Source of the DNA: Candidatus Falkowbacteria bacterium RIFOXYA2_FULL_47_19
GTDB taxonomy: Bacteria > Patescibacteriota > Patescibacteriia > Patescibacteriales > UBA12075
Assembly (NCBI GenBank): GCA_001780275.1
Contig: MFGB01000020.1
Coordinates: 168,813-232,812, forward strand
Direction: 5' to 3'
DNA length: 64,000 nt
Shown: positions 18,175 to 26,423 of the stretch, in pieces
Layout of the letters: every line of letters begins with the position of its first letter
How positions within the stretch are numbered: the stretch's first letter is position 1
Translations under genes and position numbers: made by a program
Notes under the pieces: generated by a model
What the model was told of the DNA's origin: nothing
Databases searched by the model: none
What the model saw: the letters and a program-made list of their open reading frames with translations, nothing else

Positions 18175-20172
18175 TTAATTATTCGTATTCGGATGTACAG
18201 GAGGGCAATTAAGTAATTCAATATTGATATGGAGATCTGAAGGAATAAAGAGAACGTTATATGATACCGTTCCATAACCCCAGGAATCTATTACTGGAAA
18301 ATTACCCAATTCATCGGTTCCGGCCGCCCAGCCGCCGGGGCAAGTTCCCTGATCAACGACCAGGGTCAGATTTTCGCCGCGATTAACCGTAACGACACCC
18401 GTCGGCGTTACCGAACCAAGGCAGAGCGAACAGCCTCCATAATTCTCTACCGATATCCAGACGGTATAAGTTTCCACAATGCCACACTCTTCATCGACCT
18501 CGCCGTAACCCTCGTCTCCGGGGCATTGGTTATCGATTCCGTCGCCGCAGATTTCTGGCGCGTCGGAATAGACATCGGGGTTATTATTATCACAGTCGAA
18601 GTAATCCGGAAAATCATCCGCGTCGGAATCGGGGCACGGCTCTTCTTCGACTTCGTAGAGATTTCTGATCCTTTCGACATCGTCCGGGAACAGGCTCGTG
18701 TAAGCCGGCCTTTCCTGGTTAATAACCGTAGAGGGTGCCATGATCGGATTGCCGTTGACGCCTCGCTGGCACCCTAGTTTACAAGGATCAGTGCAACCGG
18801 GCGTTGAGGGGCAGATTGAGTGTGCATGCGGGCAAGCGTGGTGCAGTCCCAAAGCGTGGCCGATTTCATGCAAAGCAACTTCTTCTATACTGACTTCGTC
18901 GGCGGCTAAATCGGAATTAGCAGTCCAGAAAAAACCAAGATTAACATTACCGTTCAACCGTATTTTACCCTGCCCCCAATACATACCCGTAAGTCCGAAT
19001 TCTCTTTCACAAGCTTTTGTTTTTAAAAAATTATTACTATCCCATTCAAATATTAAATCTGCTTCATCTTCGGTGGTAGCTTTAAACTTCAACGTAAAAT
19101 TCAGGGTATTTTCCCAGGTTCTTAGAGCTCTTTCGATGGAGTTTCTAAAATCTTCCTCGGAAACGCCAAGCGCATTTTGCGGCTTTATGTGGTAAGTAGC
19201 GATTTGGCATTTCTTGAAATATTGACAGTTAGTGCCACTTAACTCGCATCCTAACCTTACAACGCTAGCTACCAGCGAAAAATGCTCCAGCGTAACCACG
19301 AAACTATCGATAATTTCGTCGTAAACGGTCGGCAGAACGAACCAGGCATTTTCGATTTCGTCGTAAACGTAGAATATCCGCTCGGTCGCGCCCTCGGACG
19401 GAATAATTAACTCGACCGGTTCGGAAAAAACTAGTCCGTGCGGCTCGAGTTCTATCGCCTTGCCGGCAATAAAGCCGTCCGGAACCGGCGGCGGAGTTAA
19501 CGGTTCTTTGATAGTAATGACCGTCGGCTTGGCTAACGCTCCGGCCGGAATTATCAATTCGACTCCGTCTAGCAGGCCGTCCGGATCATCAACGATTACT
19601 ATTCCGCCATCCTCTCCGACCAAGCCGGCGCCCTCGGTTTCCATCTTCTCCCGGAGCGTAATTTCTTCGGAATAGATAAAAACCAATGTTTTAGTTTTTC
19701 CGTTTAAATTCGCCCGGACGGTTCCGCCTCCTGCGACCCAGATTTTTTCCGTCGCAAGAGCATTACGGGGAATAAGCGCGGGCAGGATTCCGGCCTGGAA
19801 TTTTTTAAAAACCAGATCGCTAATCGTTTTGCCTTTTTCCGCGGCTAGCTCGCTTATTCGCGCGGCTATCATGGTTTTGATGCCGGGATAATACGCTTTT
19901 TTTTCCAGATCGAACTTAAGAATCCGGTTGCGCAGACTAAAAACGCCGCCGTAGTCGGCCGCGGGTTCGTCTATGAGAAAAGATGAGTTTTGTCCGTCAA
20001 ACCAGACGAGCGCCTTGTATTCTTCTTGAGCATCGCCTATTCCGGTAACGGCCAGATTGGATTTCACGTCCGTTCGGTAGAAGCCGTCCGGATCAGAAAC
20101 CGCCAAAGAGAATTGCGGAAACGCGAATACCACGATAATCGTAAACGCGATTAAAGCGAAATGTTTTTTCAT
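18175..20172 (-). CDS. secreted metzincin-type zinc metalloprotease with Cys-rich C-terminal modules
   Basis: Signal peptide MKKHFALIAFTIIVVFAFPQFSLA. HEIGHALGLHH matches HExxHxxGxxH and is followed immediately by a Cys-rich stretch. A CGDGIDNQCPGD-type Cys-rich repeat follows. Confidence 0.8.
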   Translation of the reverse strand: MKKHFALIAFTIIVVFAFPQFSLAVSDPDGFYRTDVKSNLAVTGIGDAQEEYKALVWFDGQNSSFLIDEPAADYGGVFSLRNRILKFDLEKKAYYPGIKTMIAARISELAAEKGKTISDLVFKKFQAGILPALIPRNALATEKIWVAGGGTVRANLNGKTKTLVFIYSEEITLREKMETEGAGLVGEDGGIVIVDDPDGLLDGVELIIPAGALAKPTVITIKEPLTPPPVPDGFIAGKAIELEPHGLVFSEPVELIIPSEGATERIFYVYDEIENAWFVLPTVYDEIIDSFVVTLEHFSLVASVVRLGCELSGTNCQYFKKCQIATYHIKPQNALGVSEEDFRNSIERALRTWENTLNFTLKFKATTEDEADLIFEWDSNNFLKTKACEREFGLTGMYWGQGKIRLNGNVNLGFFWTANSDLAADEVSIEEVALHEIGHALGLHHACPHAHSICPSTPGCTDPCKLGCQRGVNGNPIMAPSTVINQERPAYTSLFPDDVERIRNLYEVEEEPCPDSDADDFPDYFDCDNNNPDVYSDAPEICGDGIDNQCPGDEGYGEVDEECGIVETYTVWISVENYGGCSLCLGSVTPTGVVTVNRGENLTLVVDQGTCPGGWAAGTDELGNFPVIDSWGYGTVSYNVLFIPSDLHINIELLNCPPVHPNTNN

Positions 20173-20295
20173 GACACATTTCCTCTTTTTTTGTTTGCCG
20201 GATTATTGGTTTTTCAAAGAGCGGTTTTTATCTCCTTTCCGTAACCGCCTTTCTGAATATTAAAAACAGTTAGACAATTTTCGGAATAATGTCTA

Positions 20296-20324
20296 ACTGT
20301 AGCAAATGTTTACTATTTTGTCAA
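20296..20324 (-). promoter_or_regulatory. promoter TTGACA-17-TACAGT (minus strand) overlapped by a 9-bp inverted repeat
   Basis: -35 at 20324-20319 and -10 at 20301-20296. The IR AGTTAGACA-N13-TGTCTAACT (20268-20298) overlaps the -10 and the predicted TSS. Confidence 0.55.
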
Positions 20325-20420
20325 TACGCCCTGAATCTATCCTGCCCTACCCACATGGCCTTAAATCAATACCCATAATGCTATTAATAAGTATTGTGCC
20401 GTACACGCAAGGTCTGCTAT

Positions 20421-20882
20421 TTATCCAACAATACGATCAGCGAAATTAATACCATAAAAAGCGAAAAAGGCCAAGGCTGATAAAAAATATAAAATAAAAA
20501 TAATTATAGATCCTGTTATATAAAAAATAAAAAGCTTTTTTTGTCTATTAAAGTCATTGTTTTTTTTCCATAAAAATATTATCTTTAACGAAAATATAAT
20601 GACGACTATAACATTTATTAATATAAGTAGATATGGCCAGTCAAATTTAATATCAAAACAAGTAAAAATATTTATTAAATATTTAAAACTGAAATTATTT
20701 AAAAAAATATTAACTTCGCGCCCGCAATAACCATCTAATAAATATGTAGAATATTTTTTAAGCAAAAGGCTAATATTCATCAACAAATTTAAAACCAACA
20801 CAACGACAAAAAAAACCGTCAGTTTTTTATCTTTTGGCGTAACAATATTTTGCCCGTCTTTGGATTGAAGATTATTTTCCAT
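20421..20882 (-). CDS. hypothetical 4-TM membrane protein in a strongly AT-rich island
   Basis: ATG at 20882 preferred to the track's TTG at 20906. Hydrophobic helices, Asn/Lys/Ile/Phe-rich composition. Sample lines count to roughly 15-25% GC. Confidence 0.5.
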   Translation of the reverse strand: MENNLQSKDGQNIVTPKDKKLTVFFVVVLVLNLLMNISLLLKKYSTYLLDGYCGREVNIFLNNFSFKYLINIFTCFDIKFDWPYLLILINVIVVIIFSLKIIFLWKKNNDFNRQKKLFIFYITGSIIIFILYFLSALAFFAFYGINFADRIVG

Positions 20883-20995
20883 AACGCTTAAATCTAATAT
20901 TAACAATACTTTAATAATAGCATAAAATAAAAAATTCCGGAAATAATTGCCGGAAAAATCACGGACTTCTGTAACCGGTGAGCCGGTTCGCGTAA

Positions 20996-21018
20996 ACTAA
21001 AAACGCCTGAACCGGCGT
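20996..21018 (-). terminator. intrinsic terminator (minus strand)
   Basis: On the minus strand: ACGCC-ggttca-GGCGT followed by UUUU, 32 nt after the pilin-like gene's stop. Confidence 0.5.
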
Positions 21019-21049
21019 AATTCTACGCTCGTCATTTATCATTCGAAAC

Positions 21050-21367
21050 TTACTGGTGCGTCGCGCCGTGCAAGGCGGTAAAGACGAACTGCGTGATTCC
21101 GTAAGCGGAGAGGACGATGATAAGGCCGGTGGTCGCGTTAGTGAGCACCTGTTTCGCTTTATATATCTTCGGTTCGTTTCCGGCCGAGGTCATCCAGAGA
21201 TAGCCGCCGTAAATAATAAGGCAGAGGAAAATAATTCCGAGAAGCGACAAAAAAACGCCGATGATGGCGCCGATGATCTCAGGGATGCTTTTCGGATCGG
21301 CAAAACCCGCGGCCTTAGCCGTGGCTTCAAGATATTCGAAAATCTTGTTTCTCAAGTCGAAGTCCAT
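21050..21367 (-). CDS. TrbC/VirB2-like mini-pilin family protein (paralog 1)
   Basis: Two TM helices flank YGGYLWMTSAGNEPKIYKAKQVLTNATTGLIIVLSAYGI. The same signature appears in 38239..38643. Confidence 0.6.
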   Translation of the reverse strand: MDFDLRNKIFEYLEATAKAAGFADPKSIPEIIGAIIGVFLSLLGIIFLCLIIYGGYLWMTSAGNEPKIYKAKQVLTNATTGLIIVLSAYGITQFVFTALHGATHQ

Positions 21368-21384
21368 ATTTTTTTAACTCATAC

Positions 21385-24075
21385 CTACCTGGCGCCGAAT
21401 TTTTCTACCACTTTACCGGCATCCTCCAGTTTTATTGATAAGAGCTTAGAAACGCCGTCATCGCCCATCGTGATGCCGTAAAGGATATTGGCGCGGCGCA
21501 TGCTGGCGCGGTTGTGGGTTATGACGATGAACTGGGTTTTATGGGAGAGGTCGTCCAATATCCGGGCCAGGCGTTCCGAATTAGCTTCGTCCAGGGCCGC
21601 GTCCACTTCATCCAAGACCACGAAAGGCGAGGGGTTGGCGCTTATGATCGCGCAGATCAGGGCGATCGCGGTCAAGGCGCGTTCGCCGCCGGAAAGCATC
21701 GTTACCGTCTGGATCTTTTTTCCCGGGGGTGTCGCCTGGATCTCGATCCCGGCCAGGCCGGTCGCGTTGTGTTTCTGTAGGAATTTTATTTTCTTAAGGT
21801 CGGCCGCGGTTTTATCGGTAAAGGCGTCCTTATTATCTTTTTCCTTGCCTTCTTCCCCCTCGTTACCGGCCGCCGGCGCCTCATCCTTTTCCTCCTCTTC
21901 GATCACCTTGACTATCTTAGCCTGGCCGCCGTTAAAGAGGATCTTGAAATATTCCTGGAATTTTTCCGCGATCAGCTTGAATTCCTTGTCGAATTTTTCC
22001 TTGATCGTGATATCAAGCTCTTTGATTATCTTCTGGAGCGAATCGATGGCGCCGGTAAGATCGTTTACCTGCCCGGAAAGAAAATCATATCTTTCTTTGG
22101 TTTCTTTATATTCTTCCTCCACCTGCGGGTCGATCCCGCCGATCAACTCAAGCTGCCTTTTTAATTGCTTGATCTTTTCGTGAGCGGCTTCCAGTCCGAA
22201 AACCTCTCCCTCCGACAAAGATGATCGGAAATTCTTTATCTTTTCCATTCCGCCGAGCTCTTCCCGAATTTCTATTTCTAGGCTTTCCAGCCGCGTCTCA
22301 TAGCGGGTGGAATTTATCTTGTGTTCGTTTAATTGGTTGTTCATGAGATTGATCTCGTTCTGGAGTTCCTGCAGATTTTTTTGAAGAGAAAAAAGCCGTC
22401 GCCTTTTTTCCTCTTCCGCCGCGCTTAAGGCCGCGATCTTTTCTTTTATGATCCGGATCCTGTCTTCGACCGAAGCAAGCTCCTCCTCGAGGCCGGTTTT
22501 TTCATTTTCCGTTTCCCGGAAGTCGATATTGCCGGAAGCCTGTTTTATCTTATTCTCGATCGCCGCCGTTTCGCTTTCAAGTCCCCTGTTTTTTTCTTCG
22601 AGAAGCTTTACCCGCTCGGCGCGAGCCGAAACGCGCAGATTGTTTTCATTTATTCTTTTAAGTATCTCTTCTTTCTTTTGGGCCAGCACGTTTAAGGATT
22701 CGTGGATCTCCGCGAAATGTTTCTCTTTCTTTTCGCCGTTTTTTTCGGAGTTAGCGCCATCGAGGATGGCGCTGATCTCATTTTTTATTTCGGCTATCAG
22801 TTTTTTTACGGCATCAAGGTCTGTTTCCGCTTCTATCCGTCCGATCTTTTCTAGGATGCCGCGCAGCCGGTCGTCGCCCCGGAATCTTCCGGTGCTCTCC
22901 GCGCTTTTCCCGACCTCGGCCATCAGGGCGTTAAGACGGTCTATCTCGCGGTCTATCCCGGCTTTTTCCGCAGTAAGTTCCGTGCCGCGGGCGCTGTCGG
23001 GGGACATGGCGTTTTTCAGGGAAACGATCTCTTTCCCGATCGCGCCGATCTCGTTTTTAAGTTCGCCTTTTTTAGAAACAAGGAAAGAAAGATCGAATTG
23101 TCCGCCGGCCTCAAGTTTCATTTCCATCTGCGCATCCAGGCGCGCCAGTTTTCTGTTTATCCCTTCTTTGGCAAGCTGTTCCCGGTTAAGGTCGCTTTCG
23201 AGAGCGGAATATTCGCTTCCGGTTCCGCCCTCCTCTTTCATTTTCTCCAGGTCGTGGTTAAGGCCGGAGAGTTTTTTTTCTTTACCCAGCTTAATCTTCT
23301 CAAGTTCCAGGAAGCGGTTATTATAATCGGAAAACTTATCGTTTATGTCGTGCCAGACCCGGCCGTAGTATTCGATCTGGAGCGCCCGCAACTCGGTTTC
23401 GGCCTCGCCCCGTTTTTGCAGGCGGCTTACCTGCCGCGTCAGGCTTTTAAGACGCGGTTCGATCTCGGTAATGAGCATTCCTGCCTGGGTCAGGTTCTCG
23501 TAGCTGCCCCGGAGTTTATTCAAGGACTCGTCTCTTTTTATCTGGTATTGCCTGACACCAGTGGCCTCGTCGAAGAACTCCTTGCGTTCGGCTAAAGTAG
23601 TATTCAGGAAGCCTTCGACCATGCCCTGCCCGATCACGCTGTAGGTCTTCTGTCCGAAGCTGGCCTTGGCCAGAAGCATCTGGATATCGGAAAGGCGTAC
23701 GCGGTTGTTGTTGATCATGTATTCGGAGTCGCCGTTCCGGTAAAGCCGGCGAGTCAAAACGACTTCCGAAAAATCGATCGGCGCCTTGCGGTCCTCGTTA
23801 TTTAGAAAAAGTGATACCTCCGCCATGCCGAGCTTACCCTTCTTGTCCGATCCGGAAAAGATAATGTCCTCGGATTTTTTACCCCTGAGGGTTTTCATGC
23901 TTTGTTCGCCCAAAGCCCAGCGGACCGCATCGGCCACGTTCGATTTTCCCGATCCGTTCGGTCCGACCACGGCGGTTATCCCGCGCCGGCTCTGGTCGAG
24001 CATGCCGGGAAACAAAAGAACGTTCTTGTTGGCGAACGATTTAAAGCCTAAAATTTCCAATTTTTCCAAATACAT
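21385..24075 (-). CDS. smc: SMC-family chromosome partition ATPase, short form with no recognisable hinge
   Basis: N-terminal LEILGFKSF...GPNGSGKSNVADAVRWALGEQS. C-terminal LSGGERALTAIALICAI and VLDEVDAALD. Continuous heptad-like sequence between the heads. ATG at 24075 (MYLEKLEILGFKSF) preferred as start. Confidence 0.88.
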   Translation of the reverse strand: MYLEKLEILGFKSFANKNVLLFPGMLDQSRRGITAVVGPNGSGKSNVADAVRWALGEQSMKTLRGKKSEDIIFSGSDKKGKLGMAEVSLFLNNEDRKAPIDFSEVVLTRRLYRNGDSEYMINNNRVRLSDIQMLLAKASFGQKTYSVIGQGMVEGFLNTTLAERKEFFDEATGVRQYQIKRDESLNKLRGSYENLTQAGMLITEIEPRLKSLTRQVSRLQKRGEAETELRALQIEYYGRVWHDINDKFSDYNNRFLELEKIKLGKEKKLSGLNHDLEKMKEEGGTGSEYSALESDLNREQLAKEGINRKLARLDAQMEMKLEAGGQFDLSFLVSKKGELKNEIGAIGKEIVSLKNAMSPDSARGTELTAEKAGIDREIDRLNALMAEVGKSAESTGRFRGDDRLRGILEKIGRIEAETDLDAVKKLIAEIKNEISAILDGANSEKNGEKKEKHFAEIHESLNVLAQKKEEILKRINENNLRVSARAERVKLLEEKNRGLESETAAIENKIKQASGNIDFRETENEKTGLEEELASVEDRIRIIKEKIAALSAAEEEKRRRLFSLQKNLQELQNEINLMNNQLNEHKINSTRYETRLESLEIEIREELGGMEKIKNFRSSLSEGEVFGLEAAHEKIKQLKRQLELIGGIDPQVEEEYKETKERYDFLSGQVNDLTGAIDSLQKIIKELDITIKEKFDKEFKLIAEKFQEYFKILFNGGQAKIVKVIEEEEKDEAPAAGNEGEEGKEKDNKDAFTDKTAADLKKIKFLQKHNATGLAGIEIQATPPGKKIQTVTMLSGGERALTAIALICAIISANPSPFVVLDEVDAALDEANSERLARILDDLSHKTQFIVITHNRASMRRANILYGITMGDDGVSKLLSIKLEDAGKVVEKFGAR

Positions 24076-24140
24076 ATAAATCAAACGAAAACAGGTTTAT
24101 CCGACCCGTTATATTATATTATACTATAATTCGGGAAAAT

Positions 24141-24165
24141 AAAAAAGTTAGCTTTAAAAGCTAAC
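24141..24165 (-). terminator. intrinsic terminator (minus strand)
   Basis: GTTAGCTTT/AAAGCTAAC palindrome followed on the minus strand by UUUUUU. Confidence 0.75.
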
Positions 24166-24174
24166 GTTTTCCGT

Positions 24175-24552
24175 TTATTCGGGGCAATGTTTATTGCGGC
24201 CCAGGGGCGTATGTCCGACCATTCGATAGCGGATAATGGCAATTTTTTCGTTTTTAGTCAAGTTGGGGTAGTATTTTTTAAGATCCAAGAACGCTTCTTC
24301 GCGGTTTATATATCCGTCTTCCCGCGCTGTTTGGTCGGGTAAATCACGGAACGGCACCGTTTCGGTGTCGGCAATAATTTGGAGCAGCATGTCATAACCG
24401 TTCAGGAATTCGCCGATCACAAGTTCGTCTTTTTTAAAATCGTGTGCTTCCGGCCGATATTTACGGATAGTGATCTGTTTTATTCCCGATAGCGACGGCT
24501 CTAAGTGCTCTCCGGCAAAAACCAGAACTTTATGTGAATCGCGATATGACAC
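24175..24552 (-). CDS. ASCH/PUA-like domain protein (tentative)
   Basis: GTG start 8 nt after the GGAGG SD. SGIKQITIRKY resembles the ASCH beta-barrel N-terminal motif. Size is typical for the domain. Confidence 0.45.
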   Translation of the reverse strand: MSYRDSHKVLVFAGEHLEPSLSGIKQITIRKYRPEAHDFKKDELVIGEFLNGYDMLLQIIADTETVPFRDLPDQTAREDGYINREEAFLDLKKYYPNLTKNEKIAIIRYRMVGHTPLGRNKHCPE

Positions 24553-24605
24553 AGGAAGGACCTCCTTTTCGTTTGTTTTTTAAATTTTTAAAATTTTGTA
24601 CTTAT

Positions 24606-24633
24606 ATTATAAGCCAATCAAGTAAAAAGTCAA
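24606..24633 (-). promoter_or_regulatory. promoter TTGACT-16-TATAAT (minus strand)
   Basis: -35 at 24633-24628 and consensus -10 at 24611-24606; serves the ASCH-like gene. Confidence 0.65.
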
Positions 24634-24642
24634 TCGGATATA

Positions 24643-24674
24643 AAAACACCGCTTATGGAGTCCGGCGGTGTTTT
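24643..24674. terminator. symmetric hairpin terminator
   Basis: AAAACACCGC-N12-GCGGTGTTTT: a 10-bp stem with A/U tracts on both sides. Confidence 0.6.
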
Positions 24675-24872
24675 AGTAGCATCCCCATGCTTTGCGTCGC
24701 CAGCCGGACGGCTGGTGAAGCAAAGAAGAGGAGGCTGCGTAAGTGGTTGGCAGATTTATAGTTATTCTGCGACTGACGCAGCCATGATTTTGAGGGTGTT
24801 CCTCTTGCAAAGAACCAGATATGAAGATTTTACGTGCGGCGCTAAAGTCTTGGCCGCATTATTTTTTCAGAT

Positions 24873-24931
24873 AATAAACGATCGTTTATTAACTGGTTTC
24901 AGTCCGCTTCAGACGGACTGAAACCAGTTAA
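24873..24931. other. 18-nt perfect palindrome abutting a perfect 18-bp stem hairpin
   Basis: AATAAACGATCGTTTATT (24873-24890), then TTAACTGGTTTCAGTCCG-cttcaga-CGGACTGAAACCAGTTAA (24889-24931). The hairpin ends 4 nt from the stop codon of the 24936 gene. Confidence 0.85.
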
Positions 24932-24935
24932 AAAA

Positions 24936-25259
24936 TTACGCGTTACGCGCGAAAGAACGGAGATTATCCAGTTTTTCGCTCAACAGATCAACCTGGAGAT
25001 AGTTTTCGCTGGAGTTTTCCAATATATAGATATTATTATGCTGATTCAGGATTCGAGATTTTTGTATCGAGGTGTGCAGTAAATTCAGCGAAAAAGCGCC
25101 GCCGGCAACAATAAAAAAAGCAATGGACATGCTTAGTAAGAATCCAGACCAGCTGAATTCCTGTTCCATTGCCTTCTTTTTTATTTTATTGTAATATCGC
25201 CAGCTGATATGACCGATAAAAAGGGTGTCAGTCCGGGATATTGAGGCTACTGCGTTCAT
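24936..25259 (-). CDS. hypothetical single-TM protein
   Basis: ORF with one hydrophobic helix (FLLSMSIAFFIVAGGAFSL). The real start may be the internal Met (MEQEF). Confidence 0.45.
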   Translation of the reverse strand: MNAVASISRTDTLFIGHISWRYYNKIKKKAMEQEFSWSGFLLSMSIAFFIVAGGAFSLNLLHTSIQKSRILNQHNNIYILENSSENYLQVDLLSEKLDNLRSFARNA

Positions 25260-25436
25260 TTTTGTTTGTGTTTTTGTATTTTTTGATTATCTATTCTCAT
25301 TGTAGCAAAATCCGGAGATTTTGTCAATCCTTAATACTGGGGATAAGTGATGTTTTTTGCTTGTTATTAGTTAAATTTTTACAAATACGATTACGACAAC
25401 GGCTACAGCCGGCATATTTTTAAGATCTTTTAAAAA

Positions 25437-25464
25437 TTGACAAATATCGATAATGTGTTAAATT
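25437..25464 (+). promoter_or_regulatory. promoter TTGACA-16-TAAATT
   Basis: Consensus -35; ~50 nt upstream of the 25513 start. Confidence 0.5.
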
Positions 25465-25512
25465 GTGGTCACTGACTATTTAAATAAATAGATTTAACAA
25501 TGGAGGTGCGAT

Positions 25513-26247
25513 GTGCCGATCATCGGTTTAACGAGCGGATTTGCTTATGAAACCGTACCGCCGGTATCGCCGCGGGCGCTCAGGCTTTGCCGCCGGGTGG
25601 GTTGCCGGGCCGTAGAGATCAATTGCGTCGGGGGAAAAGCGGAGGCAGAAAGGCTTGACGATATTGACTTGTCCGACGTACGGGCGTTCGACCACGTTTC
25701 TATCCACGCTCCCTGCCGCAACACGAGATTTGCCGACGATCAGGCCACGAGAGACCTGCTCGGCAAGATCGAAAGGGCCTGCGCGCGGCTTCGAATCGAT
25801 CTGGTCGTGTTCCATCCGGACCTGATCGACGACTGGAACGTTTTTTCGGAATTTGATATTCCGATCGCCATCGAGAATCTTGATAACCGCAAGAAAAGCT
25901 ACCGAGACGTTTGCGACCTTAAAAGCGCTTTCGATAAATTCGACTGCCGCTTCGTCCTTGACATCAATCATTGCTTCGCCAACGATCCGACCCTTAAACT
26001 GGCCTCGGAGATGATCAGGGTTTTCGGCGACCGTCTGGCAGAGATCCATGTAAGCGGTTATCAGGGATATCACGAGCTTCTTTACAGGACGAAGCAGACG
26101 AAAATACTGGATGCGATCTATACTCTGGACGCGCCGATGATTATCGAGAGCGCGTGCCCGGACCCCGAACGGGACGCGCGCAAAGAGCTTAATTATATAA
26201 AAAAGTATTTCAGGAAAAAAGACAGGCGCGAGCGTCGTTGGATGTAA
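25513..26247 (+). CDS. xylose-isomerase-like TIM-barrel protein (sugar phosphate isomerase/epimerase or AP-endonuclease-2 superfamily)
   Basis: GGAGGTG SD then GTG start. Beta-strand-end motifs HAP, VVFHP, IAIEN, LDINH, EIHVSGY, IIES. The antisense ORF 25528..26301 is judged a shadow. Confidence 0.65.
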   Translation: MPIIGLTSGFAYETVPPVSPRALRLCRRVGCRAVEINCVGGKAEAERLDDIDLSDVRAFDHVSIHAPCRNTRFADDQATRDLLGKIERACARLRIDLVVFHPDLIDDWNVFSEFDIPIAIENLDNRKKSYRDVCDLKSAFDKFDCRFVLDINHCFANDPTLKLASEMIRVFGDRLAEIHVSGYQGYHELLYRTKQTKILDAIYTLDAPMIIESACPDPERDARKELNYIKKYFRKKDRRERRWM

Positions 26248-26265
26248 AAATAAAAAAATAATTCT

Positions 26266-26289
26266 GACCGCGTACCACGCGGTCTTTTT
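26266..26289 (+). terminator. intrinsic terminator
   Basis: GACCGCG-tacca-CGCGGTC followed by TTTTT. Confidence 0.8.
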
Positions 26290-26389
26290 AATTTTCGTCA
26301 TCGTGATCGGATATCCATAATGCGTAAATATTACTCTCTAACGAACATTTTAAATTTCCCCGCCCTATCACGGAATAACGGAAAACAAA

Positions 26390-26413
26390 AACGGTTCCTG
26401 TTTAGGAACCGTT
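26390..26413. terminator. hairpin terminator for the minus-strand NaPi/NDT-like operon
   Basis: AACGGTTCC-tgttta-GGAACCGTT 9-bp stem; U-rich on both sides. Confidence 0.75.
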
Positions 26414-26423
26414 ATTTCGTTTT

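Noticed and set aside
21488-23595. Several 165-292-aa plus-strand ORFs (21488..22183, 22448..23326, 23098..23595)
   Set aside because: They are Ser/Phe/Leu-rich antisense shadows of the Glu/Lys-rich SMC coiled coil.
24655-24921. 88-aa plus-strand ORF
   Set aside because: It runs through three strong hairpins or palindromes, has no SD, and its composition is not protein-like. The region is treated as non-coding.
25528-26301. 257-aa minus-strand ORF
   Set aside because: It lies antisense to 25513..26247. The plus-strand gene has an SD, a promoter, a terminator and TIM-barrel motifs. The minus-strand product has no recognisable features.
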